Assembly (NCBI GenBank): GCA_963843375.1 | Contig: CAWJKT010000008.1 | Span: forward strand, 181,003 to 245,002 | Direction of reading: 5' to 3' | Source of the DNA: an uncultured Pseudomonadota bacterium | GTDB taxonomy: Bacteria > Oederibacteriota > Muellerivitia > Muellerivitales > Muellerivitaceae | Length of the DNA: 64,000 nt | In this document: positions 51,062 through 60,254 of the stretch, in pieces | Layout: each line of letters begins with the position of its first letter | Position numbering within the stretch: the first letter of the stretch is position 1 | Position numbers and translations under genes: made by a program | Notes under the pieces: generated by a model | What the model was told of the DNA's origin: nothing | The model's input: only the letters and a program-made list of their open reading frames with translations | Database searches by the model: none

Positions 51062-51618
51062 GAAGAATGGTAATCCATTTGGCGTTTAATGATTTCCTTC
51101 GCTTCCAAACTGATGAATTTGCCGCAAAGATACAATCCCAGGTCGATTCCCGCTGTCACGCCCCCGCAGGTGATGACCTCCTCCTCATCCACGATTCGCT
51201 GGTCCAATACTTGGGAACAATAAGGAAGCAGTTCTTCCCTGGTTGCGGCATGGGTGGCGGCTTTTTTGCTCTTCAGAAAACCAGCCGCCCCCAAGAGCAA
51301 GGCACCGGAACAAACCGAAACCTTCAAGGGACTGGGTCTAGCGGTTTTGATCCATTGGATGAAGGAGGTATCTTGGGTCAATTTTCGGGCCACCGGCCCA
51401 CCCGGGACGACTACCAGGTCGTAAGCAGCCAGGGGGACCCCCACGACCGTAGGGGTCAATTGAAGACCGTTGGCGTCACTAATTTTGGGTTCAACCGCGC
51501 AAATTTCCCATTTCAAGGTTTCCAGAAATCCCATGCTCTTAAGCCGGGTAAGGGGATCGTAAATTCCCACAAAATCAAGCGTTGTCATGCCGTTGTAAAT
51601 AACGAACCCGATCTTCAT
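51055..51618 (-). CDS. DJ-1/PfpI family protein
   Basis: LDFVG, VVPGG, SVCSG, A.H, GGVTAGIDL. Confidence 0.9.
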   Translation of the reverse strand: MKIGFVIYNGMTTLDFVGIYDPLTRLKSMGFLETLKWEICAVEPKISDANGLQLTPTVVGVPLAAYDLVVVPGGPVARKLTQDTSFIQWIKTARPSPLKVSVCSGALLLGAAGFLKSKKAATHAATREELLPYCSQVLDQRIVDEEEVITCGGVTAGIDLGLYLCGKFISLEAKEIIKRQMDYHSSW

Positions 51619-52659
51619 GTCTTGTTTTTTTCGCTAAAGTGATCGAACCCCTTGGATTCCAGAGGTGCCCGCTGTCCTTTACGGTTGATCAGGGTGATTC
51701 CCTTGGATTTGGGGACCATTCGTCCGATTGATTTCAACGAGACTCCGGTTTCGGCTGGCAGCTTATGAAGGACATCCGAAATTTTAGCCAAGGGTACGGT
51801 GAATAACAGCTCGTAATCTTCACCTCCGTTCAAGGCGAAGGCGAGGGGGTCCAGTTGGTTTTCGTCGCAAAAGTGAATCAGGGAACTGGAATAAGGAATG
51901 GCCTCCTCGTGAATTTCGGCACCTACCCCCGATTCCTCACACAAGTGATGAATCTCGCTGGAGAGCCCGTCCGAGATATCGATAGCCGAGGTAGCCCATT
52001 TTTTGGTTGAAAGGGCTCGCCCCACCGAAAATCTCGGGGTTGGGGTAAGATGCCTTTTCACCAAAAGCGGAGCGGTTTCCTTGCCTTTATTGGAGGGATG
52101 TTGAAGGGAATATAGGCCCGGCGGATGAATCCCCCAGGTTACCTGTGACAAACAAAGCGTCCCCGACCTGGGCGCCGCTTCGTTTGAGGGCTTTTCCCTT
52201 TTCCACTTCGCCCACTAGAGCCACATTCACCACGAACTTGTCGCTGCCCACCGTGTCGCCGCCCACGATTTGAGCGCCATAGGATTCGGCCCAACCTTTC
52301 ATTCCGTCATAAAAAGCTTCCAGGTCATTGACGGGAAAGGAGGAAGGGACGCCCAGGGACACCACGGCGACCGTCGGCTTGGCGCCCATGGCGGCGCAAT
52401 CGCTCACGTTGACCGCCATGGTCTTGGCGCCTAATTGCCAGGGCGTGATCCATTTGAAGTTGAAATGCCGGTCTTCCACCAGCATGTCGGTGGTGAAAAT
52501 AAGCTCGTGGCCCAGCGTGGGTTTGAAGATAGCCGCATCATCTCCGATTCCCAAAACCACCGAGGGGTTTTTGGTCTTCATGGCCGATCGGATCTTTTCG
52601 ATGAACCCGAATTCCCCGACTTTTCCCATGGAGGATTTGTTATTGTTTTCGTTTTTCAA
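51615..52659 (-). CDS. thiL: Thiamine-monophosphate kinase, one frameshift near 52118
   Basis: GEF..I, GIGDDAA, TTD...E..HF, NVSD.AAMG, GGDT / AIDISDGL, GGEDYELLF, GFDHF. Confidence 0.95.
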
Positions 52660-52685
52660 AATTTCCTCCGGAATTTTAATCCGTC

Positions 52686-52763
52686 ATGGATGCCAGGAAA
52701 ACGGGCCGTCTTTTAAGCATGTAAAATTCCATGCAGAGGGAGGCCTGTTTTCATGGCATCCAT
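52686..52763. repeat. 78-nt imperfect inverted repeat between argJ and thiL
   Basis: ATGGATGCCAgGAAAACgGGCC...GCATG-loop-CATGC...GGCCtGTTTTCaTGGCATCCAT. Confidence 0.85.
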
Positions 52764-52775
52764 AACTTCAAGAAA

Positions 52776-53975
52776 CTACGTTGTATATCGTCCATTGATA
52801 TCAATATATCCGTCCGTCAGGTCACAGGTATAGACCGTGGTTTTACCCTTCCCCAGCCTTAAGTCCACCAAAATATCCACATCCTTTTTGGACAATATCT
52901 TTTTCAATTTCTCCCGGGACCAGGAAACCTTTTTGCCGCCGTTGTAAAGCAGGTAACCCCCGATCACTACCGAAACCTTGAACTCATCTACTCCCGCGCC
53001 GGAGTAACCCACCGCCGCCAGGACCCTTCCCCAGTTGGGGTCGGCCCCGAAAATAGCGGTCTTGACCAGGGGGGATTTCGCCACAGACATGGCGGCTAAA
53101 TAAGCATCCTTGTCGGATTTACCTCCCCGCACGGTCACCGACACCAGCTTAGTGGCCCCTTCCCCGTCCCGCACAACCGCCTTGGCCAGATCCAAACAAA
53201 CGTCCTTAAGAGCTTGAACAAACAGCCGGTAGCCCGGTCCTTTAGAGGTGATGGCTTTATTTTCACAAGCGCCATTGGCCATCAGGACCACTGAATCGTT
53301 GGTGGAAACGTCACCATCCACCGTAATCCGATGAAAGCTGGTTTCAACAGCTTCCTTGAGAGCCTCGTTTAAGAGAGGCCGGCTGATGGCCAGATCGGTC
53401 AAAAGGTAAACCAGCATGGTGGCCATGTTCGGATGGATCATGCCTGACCCCTTTGCGAAACCCGTCAGCCAGGCATATCTTTCCTCAATCCAAATGGCTC
53501 TAGCGCTTACCTTGGGAAAAGTGTCGGTCGTCAGGATGGCATGGGCGGCGTCCATGCCTCCCATCCGGGAAAGCCTCAGGACCGACTGCCGGGCCCCTGC
53601 GAGGATCTTGGGCATGTCCATGGGAATTCCGATGACTCCTGTGGAATGGGCCAGTACGGAATTTTTCGGGACATTCAAAAGTTTGGAGACGGCATCCACA
53701 GTGCGAAAAACATCTTTTTCTCCCTGTTTGCCGGTCAGGGCATTAGCGTTTTTCGTGTTCACCACGATGGCCTGGATTTTCTCTCTCGTCTTCAGAGCAT
53801 TTTCCGTGTGTTTGGATGGCGCAGCCTTGACTTGGTTGGTCGTGACCATACCCACGGTGGCGGCTGGAAGCCGGGAATAAAAGAGGGCCATATCCAGCTT
53901 GTGGTTGTTCTTAAGCCCCGCGTGCACGCCGGAGGCGAGAAAACCAAGCGGCAAGGGAAGAAAAGGTTCTTTCAT
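52776..53975 (-). CDS. argJ: Bifunctional ornithine acetyltransferase/N-acetylglutamate synthase
   Basis: NANA.TG, STGVIG, AI.TTD, KGSGMIHPNMATML, DGEGATK, SPLVKTA, NWGR. Confidence 0.97.
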   Translation of the reverse strand: MKEPFLPLPLGFLASGVHAGLKNNHKLDMALFYSRLPAATVGMVTTNQVKAAPSKHTENALKTREKIQAIVVNTKNANALTGKQGEKDVFRTVDAVSKLLNVPKNSVLAHSTGVIGIPMDMPKILAGARQSVLRLSRMGGMDAAHAILTTDTFPKVSARAIWIEERYAWLTGFAKGSGMIHPNMATMLVYLLTDLAISRPLLNEALKEAVETSFHRITVDGDVSTNDSVVLMANGACENKAITSKGPGYRLFVQALKDVCLDLAKAVVRDGEGATKLVSVTVRGGKSDKDAYLAAMSVAKSPLVKTAIFGADPNWGRVLAAVGYSGAGVDEFKVSVVIGGYLLYNGGKKVSWSREKLKKILSKKDVDILVDLRLGKGKTTVYTCDLTDGYIDINGRYTT

Positions 53976-54102
53976 TTTTTAATCCTTGAAAAGAGTTGAG
54001 GCATTTTAACAGGCCGCACCAAAACTACAACGGCCCGGCCTTTGACAAAGCGGTGAACGGCTTTTAACATGTGCCCTTCTTAATTACAGAACAAGGATTC
54101 CC

Positions 54103-54771
54103 ATGCGATGCAATGGTGTCGACATCCCGTTAAAAGCCGTCCTATTCGATTTGGATGGGACTCTGATTGACTCAAAGAAGGACATCGCCGGCGCCGCCAA
54201 CGCCGCCCGAGTGCATTTCGGGATGCCCGCCCTTCCCATCGAAACCGTGGTGGGTTATATCGGCTGGGGAATCGAGCATCTCAACCGCAAGGCTTTGGAG
54301 ACCGAAGACCCGGCGAGACTTTCGGAAGGGCTAGAAGTCTTGAAATCCCATTACCGAGATCATTGTGTGGATCAAACCGTTATCTTTCCGGGCGTCCGGG
54401 AACTTTTGGATTTCCTCAAGGGCCACGGCATCAAAATGGGCCTGGTGTCCAACAAACCGCATGAGTTCACCTTAATCACATTGGAGAAGTTAGGTCTCGC
54501 CCCTTATTTCGCAGTGGCTTTAGGTGCGGACGCGACCGCCAATAAAAAGCCCCATCCTGAACCTCTTTTAACGGCCCTAGCCAAATTAGGCGCCAAACCA
54601 TTCGAAGCGGTCATGATCGGGGATTCCCCCGTGGACGCCCAGGCCGCCCGAGCGGCGGGAATGCTGGTGGGATTGGTCAATCACGGTTTCGTGCCCAAGG
54701 AATACTTGAATTCTTCCGATCCCGATTGGCTCACGGATTCCCTGGCGGACTTTATCGACATTTTAAGTTGA
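54103..54771 (+). CDS. gph: HAD-IA hydrolase, phosphoglycolate phosphatase-like
   Basis: FDLDGTLIDS, SNK, KPHPEP, MIGDS..D. Confidence 0.85.
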   Translation: MRCNGVDIPLKAVLFDLDGTLIDSKKDIAGAANAARVHFGMPALPIETVVGYIGWGIEHLNRKALETEDPARLSEGLEVLKSHYRDHCVDQTVIFPGVRELLDFLKGHGIKMGLVSNKPHEFTLITLEKLGLAPYFAVALGADATANKKPHPEPLLTALAKLGAKPFEAVMIGDSPVDAQAARAAGMLVGLVNHGFVPKEYLNSSDPDWLTDSLADFIDILS

Positions 54772-54876
54772 TCTTGTTCGCTTCCCAAAACACCCCATTT
54801 GAAAGTTTTGGGCAGGGATTGAATCCGGCCCCAGGGTTATTAATGTTTAAGAAGAAGCAAATGTAGGGAGCCTGTC

Positions 54877-55296
54877 ATGAGCCAGGAGGATATTCGGATT
54901 GCCGAGATCCAGGAAAATTTGCGGATCTCCGCGGCCGAGGAAAACACTAAATTCGCCGAGGAATATATCGAGGCGATGAAAACCCGCAACCTGGAAGCTG
55001 TCGCCAAAAATCTGCATCCTGATCTGCATTTTGTCTGGCCCATGGGCGAGACGCATAATCGGGAAAGCTTTCTGGACACCATGCGGCAGGCCTTCGCCCA
55101 TTTGGAAAAGGTAGATGTGACTTCCCGGTTCTCGTCGAACAACCAGACTGCTTACGTGTATAACATGTTCTTCGCAGTCCCAGCCCGCCCCATTCAGGCC
55201 GCCAGCGTGCTGACGCACGAGGATGGAAAAATTAAAAAAATCGAAATGATCTACGACTCAAAGGTTCTGGGGAATTATTTAGACGTTCAGAAATAA
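54877..55296 (+). CDS. NTF2/SnoaL-like domain protein
   Basis: A.EY..A.......LHPD..F..P, DGKI..IE..YD; SD AGGGAG. Confidence 0.8.
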   Translation: MSQEDIRIAEIQENLRISAAEENTKFAEEYIEAMKTRNLEAVAKNLHPDLHFVWPMGETHNRESFLDTMRQAFAHLEKVDVTSRFSSNNQTAYVYNMFFAVPARPIQAASVLTHEDGKIKKIEMIYDSKVLGNYLDVQK

Positions 55297-56141
55297 TTCC
55301 GGACTTTTAGGTCCTGAGCCCGGGAGCCTTCCCAAGCCAGAAGGGCTTTCTTACGGGTGGAACCCCATCGGTAATCCCCCAAAATTCCTGTTTCTCGAAT
55401 GACCCGGTGGCAGGGAATCAGGTAAGCGATGGGATTTTGCCCCACCGCCGTTCCCACTGCCCGCGAAGCTTTGGAGTCCCCCATCCGTTGGGCCACATCC
55501 TTGTAAGCCAGCACACATCCGGTTGGGATTTTCAAAAGGGCTTCCCAGACTTTGAGTTGAAAAGAGGTGCCCTTCAATAAGACTTTGATGGGCTTGGTTC
55601 GCTTGAGAGTGCGGGGTTGAAAAACATCACTCGCCTTTTGGCCGCCATCGCCAAGAACGAACTGGGCTCCCGACCAATTCTTTTTCATTAAGGCGAGGGC
55701 TTCTTTTTCTCCTCCCTTGCCTAGAAACCAAAAACCGCATAGTCCTCTTTCGGTCGTGGCCGCCAGAGCCTCGCCAAAGGGTGTGTCCTGGACGCTATAT
55801 TTGATTCGAAGTCCCTTACCCAGGGCCTTGTATTCCCCCGGCGTCATAGCCTCCACGGAAACGAAAAGATCATGCAGCCTTCCAGGCCCGGACAGGCCGG
55901 AGTCGTAAGCCGCGTCAAGGATACTGCGCGATTCCCTCAAGCGTTCCTTAGCCTTTTCCAACGTCAAGTATTGCAGGAACCGCTTAGGGCTGACGCCCGC
56001 CCAACGCCGGAACAGTCTTTGGAAATGAAAAGGGCTCAAACCTATCGAATGTGCTACCTCATTCAGATTCGGCTGGTTTCGCCAATGGTCCTCAATGTAC
56101 CGTATGGCCTTTTCCACGCGGAAGTAATCGGTTTCTTTCAT
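55287..56141 (-). CDS. ada: AraC-HTH / methylated-DNA-protein-cysteine methyltransferase (Ada-like, no N-terminal Zn domain)
   Basis: SPFHFQRLF..WAG.SPKRF, GT.FQ.KVW.AL, RAVG.A, IPCHRV; SD GAGGTG before ATG 56141. Confidence 0.93.
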   Translation of the reverse strand: MKETDYFRVEKAIRYIEDHWRNQPNLNEVAHSIGLSPFHFQRLFRRWAGVSPKRFLQYLTLEKAKERLRESRSILDAAYDSGLSGPGRLHDLFVSVEAMTPGEYKALGKGLRIKYSVQDTPFGEALAATTERGLCGFWFLGKGGEKEALALMKKNWSGAQFVLGDGGQKASDVFQPRTLKRTKPIKVLLKGTSFQLKVWEALLKIPTGCVLAYKDVAQRMGDSKASRAVGTAVGQNPIAYLIPCHRVIRETGILGDYRWGSTRKKALLAWEGSRAQDLKVRNYF

Positions 56142-56288
56142 GACAGTCACCTCTTGAGGAAAAGATAGAGGTTCCATCGGAAATAAACCACCCGGTTCTT
56201 GCGATTCAAATCTGAAAGAAAATAGAAAAGTGATTTATCTCGAGGCTTTCTAAATACAGAGTGATGGCTTTTTTAAACCGGGATCATT

Positions 56289-56624
56289 TCAATCAAACAT
56301 GAGGAGGGTCGATATTTTATTCACAACCTCTTTAAGGACCGCTCCAGGAGCCTTTCCTTTGTAAGTGACTCGGCGTTTTCTCCAATCCAAGTTCTTCAAA
56401 TGGTCGGATAGGACAACTCCCTGTACTGAACCGGATGTGATTGCCACCTCAAACGGATAACCCTTAGCTTGCGTTGTCATTGGACACATCACTGCCAACC
56501 CCGTCTTACGGTTATATTCCTTGGGGGATAAGACCAAAGCAGGCCGGTGGCCCGCTTGTTCCCGCCCAGCTTGAGGGGTGAAATTCAACCAAACCACGTC
56601 ACCTCGGTCGGGGGTATATTCCAT
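56289..56624 (-). CDS. mazF: MazF/PemK endoribonuclease toxin
   Basis: P.RGD.VW..F.PQAG.EQAG.RPALVLSP..YN, KGYPFEV, LDW..R. Confidence 0.95.
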   Translation of the reverse strand: MEYTPDRGDVVWLNFTPQAGREQAGHRPALVLSPKEYNRKTGLAVMCPMTTQAKGYPFEVAITSGSVQGVVLSDHLKNLDWRKRRVTYKGKAPGAVLKEVVNKISTLLMFD

Positions 56625-56627
56625 GGA

Positions 56628-56867
56628 TTACCAAACCTCTTTCCCGACCGCAGGCCCGGTTTTTGTTGCCCCGTGCAGGTTTTCCGGTTTCACCTTCGCC
56701 AATAACTCTTTGAGTGAAATCTTGGTTGGGCTGGGCTTAATTAAAAGATGCCCCCGGTCTTCCGTAATTTCGACCGGAGCCCCAGCTTTCACTTTGATAT
56801 GCTCCGCCATCGACTTAGGAATTCGAAGGGCCAGGCTATTGCCCCATTTCTGTACCACCGTTTTCAC
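56628..56867 (-). CDS. mazE: AbrB/MazE antitoxin
   Basis: KWGNSLALRIPK, L.ELL....PENLH, G..VG.E.W; SD GAGGGG before GTG 56867. Confidence 0.95.
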   Translation of the reverse strand: MKTVVQKWGNSLALRIPKSMAEHIKVKAGAPVEITEDRGHLLIKPSPTKISLKELLAKVKPENLHGATKTGPAVGKEVW

Positions 56868-56883
56868 AATATCCCCCTCGAAA

Positions 56884-56926
56884 ATGTATATACAATGAAT
56901 ATACATCACTATACCGCGAAGGTCAA
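56884..56926 (-). promoter_or_regulatory. mazEF promoter and palindromic operator
   Basis: TTGACC-N17-TATATT overlapping ATGTATAT-N7-ATATACAT and nested TGTATATACA. Confidence 0.75.
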
Positions 56927-58455
56927 ATCGGTTTTTTTACAGCCCGGGATCGGTTTGAATTTATGTCGCGCAATCTCAAAACAAAACACAAAGGCGTTTT
57001 TTCACGCTCGACCCGGTAAATGACTTCTCTTTCCTCCTCCGGTGCCGGCTTCAACCCCGCCCGGGTCATGAGGATGGCGTAATCGGCCAGGTCTTTATTC
57101 GGCTCGAAAACCATGTTGGGGCTGAAATAAGTTTGGGACTGGAAAGGCTTGCCCTCGGCGTAAATCTTGTAGATCTGATTCGGGTCCTTAATCTCATTGG
57201 CCTTCAGCCATTGGACGGCTTCCTTCATGCTGGCCGCCCAGTAATCGGTCTCGTAGTTGCCGTAGGCGCCCCTGAAGCCGCCGACCAAGACATTGAAATA
57301 GGTGTATTCATAAGGATGAAGCCGGACCAATTGGCCGCTCGTCTCGAAGACGCCAAACAGGGTCAAGCCCGCCACAACTTTTCGAAGATTTCCCCAAGGT
57401 TTATCCCCGAAAAACTCGATGCAACCCACAGCTGCCAGAGCGGCCAGAAGAGGCAGAAGATATAAAAAGTGCCTCAGGCCGTCGTAAACCGCGGGATGAA
57501 GCAAAAAATAAATCCCCAAGTTCAAAAAAAAGGCGGCGGCCAGTAAAACAAAGAGCGGGTTGTATTTAGTCTTTCTGGACAGCCAAAAAGACCCCAGGAA
57601 AAAAACCAGGATGAAAAGGGGCGTCGTGATGCCGATCCAAAGAGGCAGGTAATACCAGGGATAGGAGAGCGAATTTGCCATGTGGCCCATGAACAAGAAA
57701 TCGAATTTCGGCGGAAACCGAGCGCTTAAGGAAACCACCAAAGGTAAATTCAGGAAATAGTTCTGGCCGATGAAGGGCCATAAAATCGCGCAAAGGATTT
57801 GGGACACCACCAGCGTCCCGAACCATCCCCAAGCTTTCTTCTGAAGCCAGGGGAGAGCCGGTTTTCCCTTCCCTTCCCAATAAACGTAGAAGTCGTAAAA
57901 AAGAAGAATCGGAAACAGGGTGAACCCTACGATCCTTGAACTGATGGTAAAGCCGAACAAAAGTCCCAAAAAGAACCAGCGGAATTTCAACTCCGGGAAT
58001 TTTCGCTCAAAAAGGTACATTATCGTAAGGCTCAGGAAATAAAAGATGGCAAAGGGGATGTCCTTGGGATTAGCGGGGATACTCCCCAAGAAAGGAAGCG
58101 AAAGGAACAAAAAGACAGGACCGCAAAGGGCCCAAAGGCCCGAACCATAGGCGGACAAGAGCATTTCGTAGAGCGCCCAGAAAAGGAAGGCGCCGAAAAA
58201 CAGGTTCAACAGATGAAAGGTCTCGTAGTTCGTTTGGCCGGTGATAAAGTTAAGGAGAAAGGTATAAGGATAGGTGTGTTCCGGGTCCATATAGGCCATG
58301 GGAACGCCGCGAATCAAGTATTGATAAAGCTCCGCTCCGCCCTGATAAGTATCCTGCTCGTCCCAGGTTGGGCCGTAATCGCGGTAAGTGGCGAAGGAAA
58401 AAGCAAGATAAAAGAGGAGGAAGCCGAAAAAAGGGATGCGCTTTTTCATTTTCAC
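56923..58455 (-). CDS. GT-C fold membrane glycosyltransferase (GT39-like)
   Basis: DYG.TWDE first-loop motif, NPKDIP, PWYY, YDG.RH, HPY.Y.YFN, ETDYW. Confidence 0.82.
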   Translation of the reverse strand: MKMKKRIPFFGFLLFYLAFSFATYRDYGPTWDEQDTYQGGAELYQYLIRGVPMAYMDPEHTYPYTFLLNFITGQTNYETFHLLNLFFGAFLFWALYEMLLSAYGSGLWALCGPVFLFLSLPFLGSIPANPKDIPFAIFYFLSLTIMYLFERKFPELKFRWFFLGLLFGFTISSRIVGFTLFPILLFYDFYVYWEGKGKPALPWLQKKAWGWFGTLVVSQILCAILWPFIGQNYFLNLPLVVSLSARFPPKFDFLFMGHMANSLSYPWYYLPLWIGITTPLFILVFFLGSFWLSRKTKYNPLFVLLAAAFFLNLGIYFLLHPAVYDGLRHFLYLLPLLAALAAVGCIEFFGDKPWGNLRKVVAGLTLFGVFETSGQLVRLHPYEYTYFNVLVGGFRGAYGNYETDYWAASMKEAVQWLKANEIKDPNQIYKIYAEGKPFQSQTYFSPNMVFEPNKDLADYAILMTRAGLKPAPEEEREVIYRVEREKTPLCFVLRLRDINSNRSRAVKKPI

Positions 58456-58570
58456 CGGACAAGGAATTTAATGCGCTATTCTATCAGGGGTGATCCGAAC
58501 CGGCTATCTTTCCAGGTCCAAGGTTGCGGAAGAATGGTTCAAGTTCAAAGCGCGGAGGTAAAAAAGGGAG

Positions 58571-59113
58571 ATGAGTAAGCCGGTATTCATGAATTTTTCA
58601 TTCCTACTTTTAATCGCGGGGTGGCTGCTTCTTCCCTCTTCCCTAGGGGCTCAAACGGTCGAAACATTGAAGATCCTACCCACCCCCATATGCGCGATGA
58701 AATCCATAAGACTGCCGACTTATCCGATGAAATGGAACAATCGGATTATCCAATATGGTCCCCAAGCCAGGTCCCTTCCGGTGACGGTTTTTTCAAGTCC
58801 ATTTCGGCGCAAGACGGCTTTGTTCATCCTGCGCAACCCCGCGGATTGGATCGCCTTTTACAGGCCGGTACCAGCCCCCCAACCTCCCGTGGACTTTAAA
58901 TCCAAGATGATTATCGTGCTGGTATTCCAAGATTGTCACGACCAAGTGTCCTTCTTGAGTTATTGCAATTATCCGGACAAGATCAATGTTTCGATTGAGG
59001 ATTACCAATCGCCCATACAATGTGACCACAGAATATATCCCGGCGCGATTGCGGCCATCGCGGTTCCAAACTCGACCTCGCGGTTATCTTGGAGTATTAC
59101 CTTGCGCCAATAA
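58571..59113 (+). CDS. Secreted hypothetical protein (PrcB C-terminal-like)
   Basis: Signal peptide; W.......P.PPVDF...MIIV pattern. Confidence 0.55.
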   Translation: MSKPVFMNFSFLLLIAGWLLLPSSLGAQTVETLKILPTPICAMKSIRLPTYPMKWNNRIIQYGPQARSLPVTVFSSPFRRKTALFILRNPADWIAFYRPVPAPQPPVDFKSKMIIVLVFQDCHDQVSFLSYCNYPDKINVSIEDYQSPIQCDHRIYPGAIAAIAVPNSTSRLSWSITLRQ

Positions 59114-59312
59114 GCTTGGTCTTTCGGAACAAAAATAGTTTCCGGCTCTTTTTAAATATCAAAATCCGTCTTTTTGAAAAGTTTTCCCGAGTTGTCATGG
59201 GTCCTGGCGTTATTTTTAATATCTCCCTAATGGCAACGCCTCGCTTTTACTGTTATAAAATCCATTCAAAGCTAAGAGGCATTAGAACGGCGTTCCCGTT
59301 CTCGGAGATGAA

Positions 59313-59657
59313 ATGAAGAAAGTGTGGTTGTGGGTTGGGCTGGGGTTGGTGATGGTCTGGATGGCGGGAATCCTTCTGGCGAATTTCACGAATATCGATC
59401 CCGATAAGCTATTTGACGGCCTTTCCTCCTTTAAATTCTCCATGGACCGGCTGACGCTTTTCGGGTTAGTCGCGGTTTCTTTAATGCTCTTTTGTTATAC
59501 CTTTGAAAACCGAAGCCGGTGGTTCATTTTGGGATTCGCCGGGGCCTGCGGCTTGGGTTCGGTTTATGGATTTCTGCAAGGGGCCTGGCCCTTTGGGTTG
59601 GTAGAAGGAATTTGGGGAATCGTTGCTTTGCGGAAATGGTGGTTAACCGCAACTTAA
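59313..59657 (+). CDS. Small hypothetical membrane protein
   Basis: C-terminal part MLFCY..E.R..WF...FA.AC...S.YGFLQGAWPFG.VE..W looks like a conserved small membrane family. Confidence 0.7.
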   Translation: MKKVWLWVGLGLVMVWMAGILLANFTNIDPDKLFDGLSSFKFSMDRLTLFGLVAVSLMLFCYTFENRSRWFILGFAGACGLGSVYGFLQGAWPFGLVEGIWGIVALRKWWLTAT

Positions 59658-59904
59658 CCTTCATCCGGGCTATTGGATATAGGCAATTGTATTTAATGGA
59701 TTTTAGTAATAAGCGCTTTATTGGACCCTACAACAGCCTAACTTCGACAGGGCATTACCCCATTTCATTCTCCAGCTATCGCAGTGGGGTTCATCCTTAA
59801 TGGGGTTAAACTCCTGAAAAACAGAGTCGTTTATCGACCCTGGAAATGGAAAGACCCAATGCCCCTCTCTCTACGGTTTAGGGGCACGGGCCGGGACATA
59901 AGAT

Positions 59905-60252
59905 CTAGTGCTTCGAATGGATGGCCTGGCTGCCCCGTTCACCGGTGCGGATGCGGATAACTTCAAGGATTGGGGAAATGAAGATTTTGCCGTCGCCGAT
60001 TTCGCCCTTTCGGGCGGCCTTGACAATCTCCGCGACGATCTTTTCGACCCTATCGTCTTCCACCACCATGGATACCACCATCTTCGGCAGGAGGCCCTCG
60101 ACGTTCTGGCTCCGTTCAACTTCCCGGGCGCCTTTTTGAGTTCCATGTCCCTCGGCCTCATGGACTGTCACTCCCGGATAACCGATAACCTTCAAATGGT
60201 CCAAAATAACCCTCAGGGCGTTCGGCCGGACGATGGCTTCGATTCGTTTCAT
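59905..60252 (-). CDS. P-II family protein (czc-linked PII-like)
   Basis: MK.IEAIVRP, G.G.QKG, LPK, G.IGDGKIFISP...IRIRTGE. Confidence 0.93.
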   Translation of the reverse strand: MKRIEAIVRPNALRVILDHLKVIGYPGVTVHEAEGHGTQKGAREVERSQNVEGLLPKMVVSMVVEDDRVEKIVAEIVKAARKGEIGDGKIFISPILEVIRIRTGERGSQAIHSKH

Positions 60253-60254
60253 TC

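Noticed and set aside
56185-56212. Ada-box-like GCAAG element upstream of ada
   Set aside because: Partial match only, and this protein lacks the Zn-binding N-Ada domain; too weak to call
59658-59904. Gap after the PII gene with ACCCCATT/AATGGGGT and TGCCCCT/AGGGGCA repeats
   Set aside because: Short stems consistent with convergent termination; no recognisable ORF or RNA family
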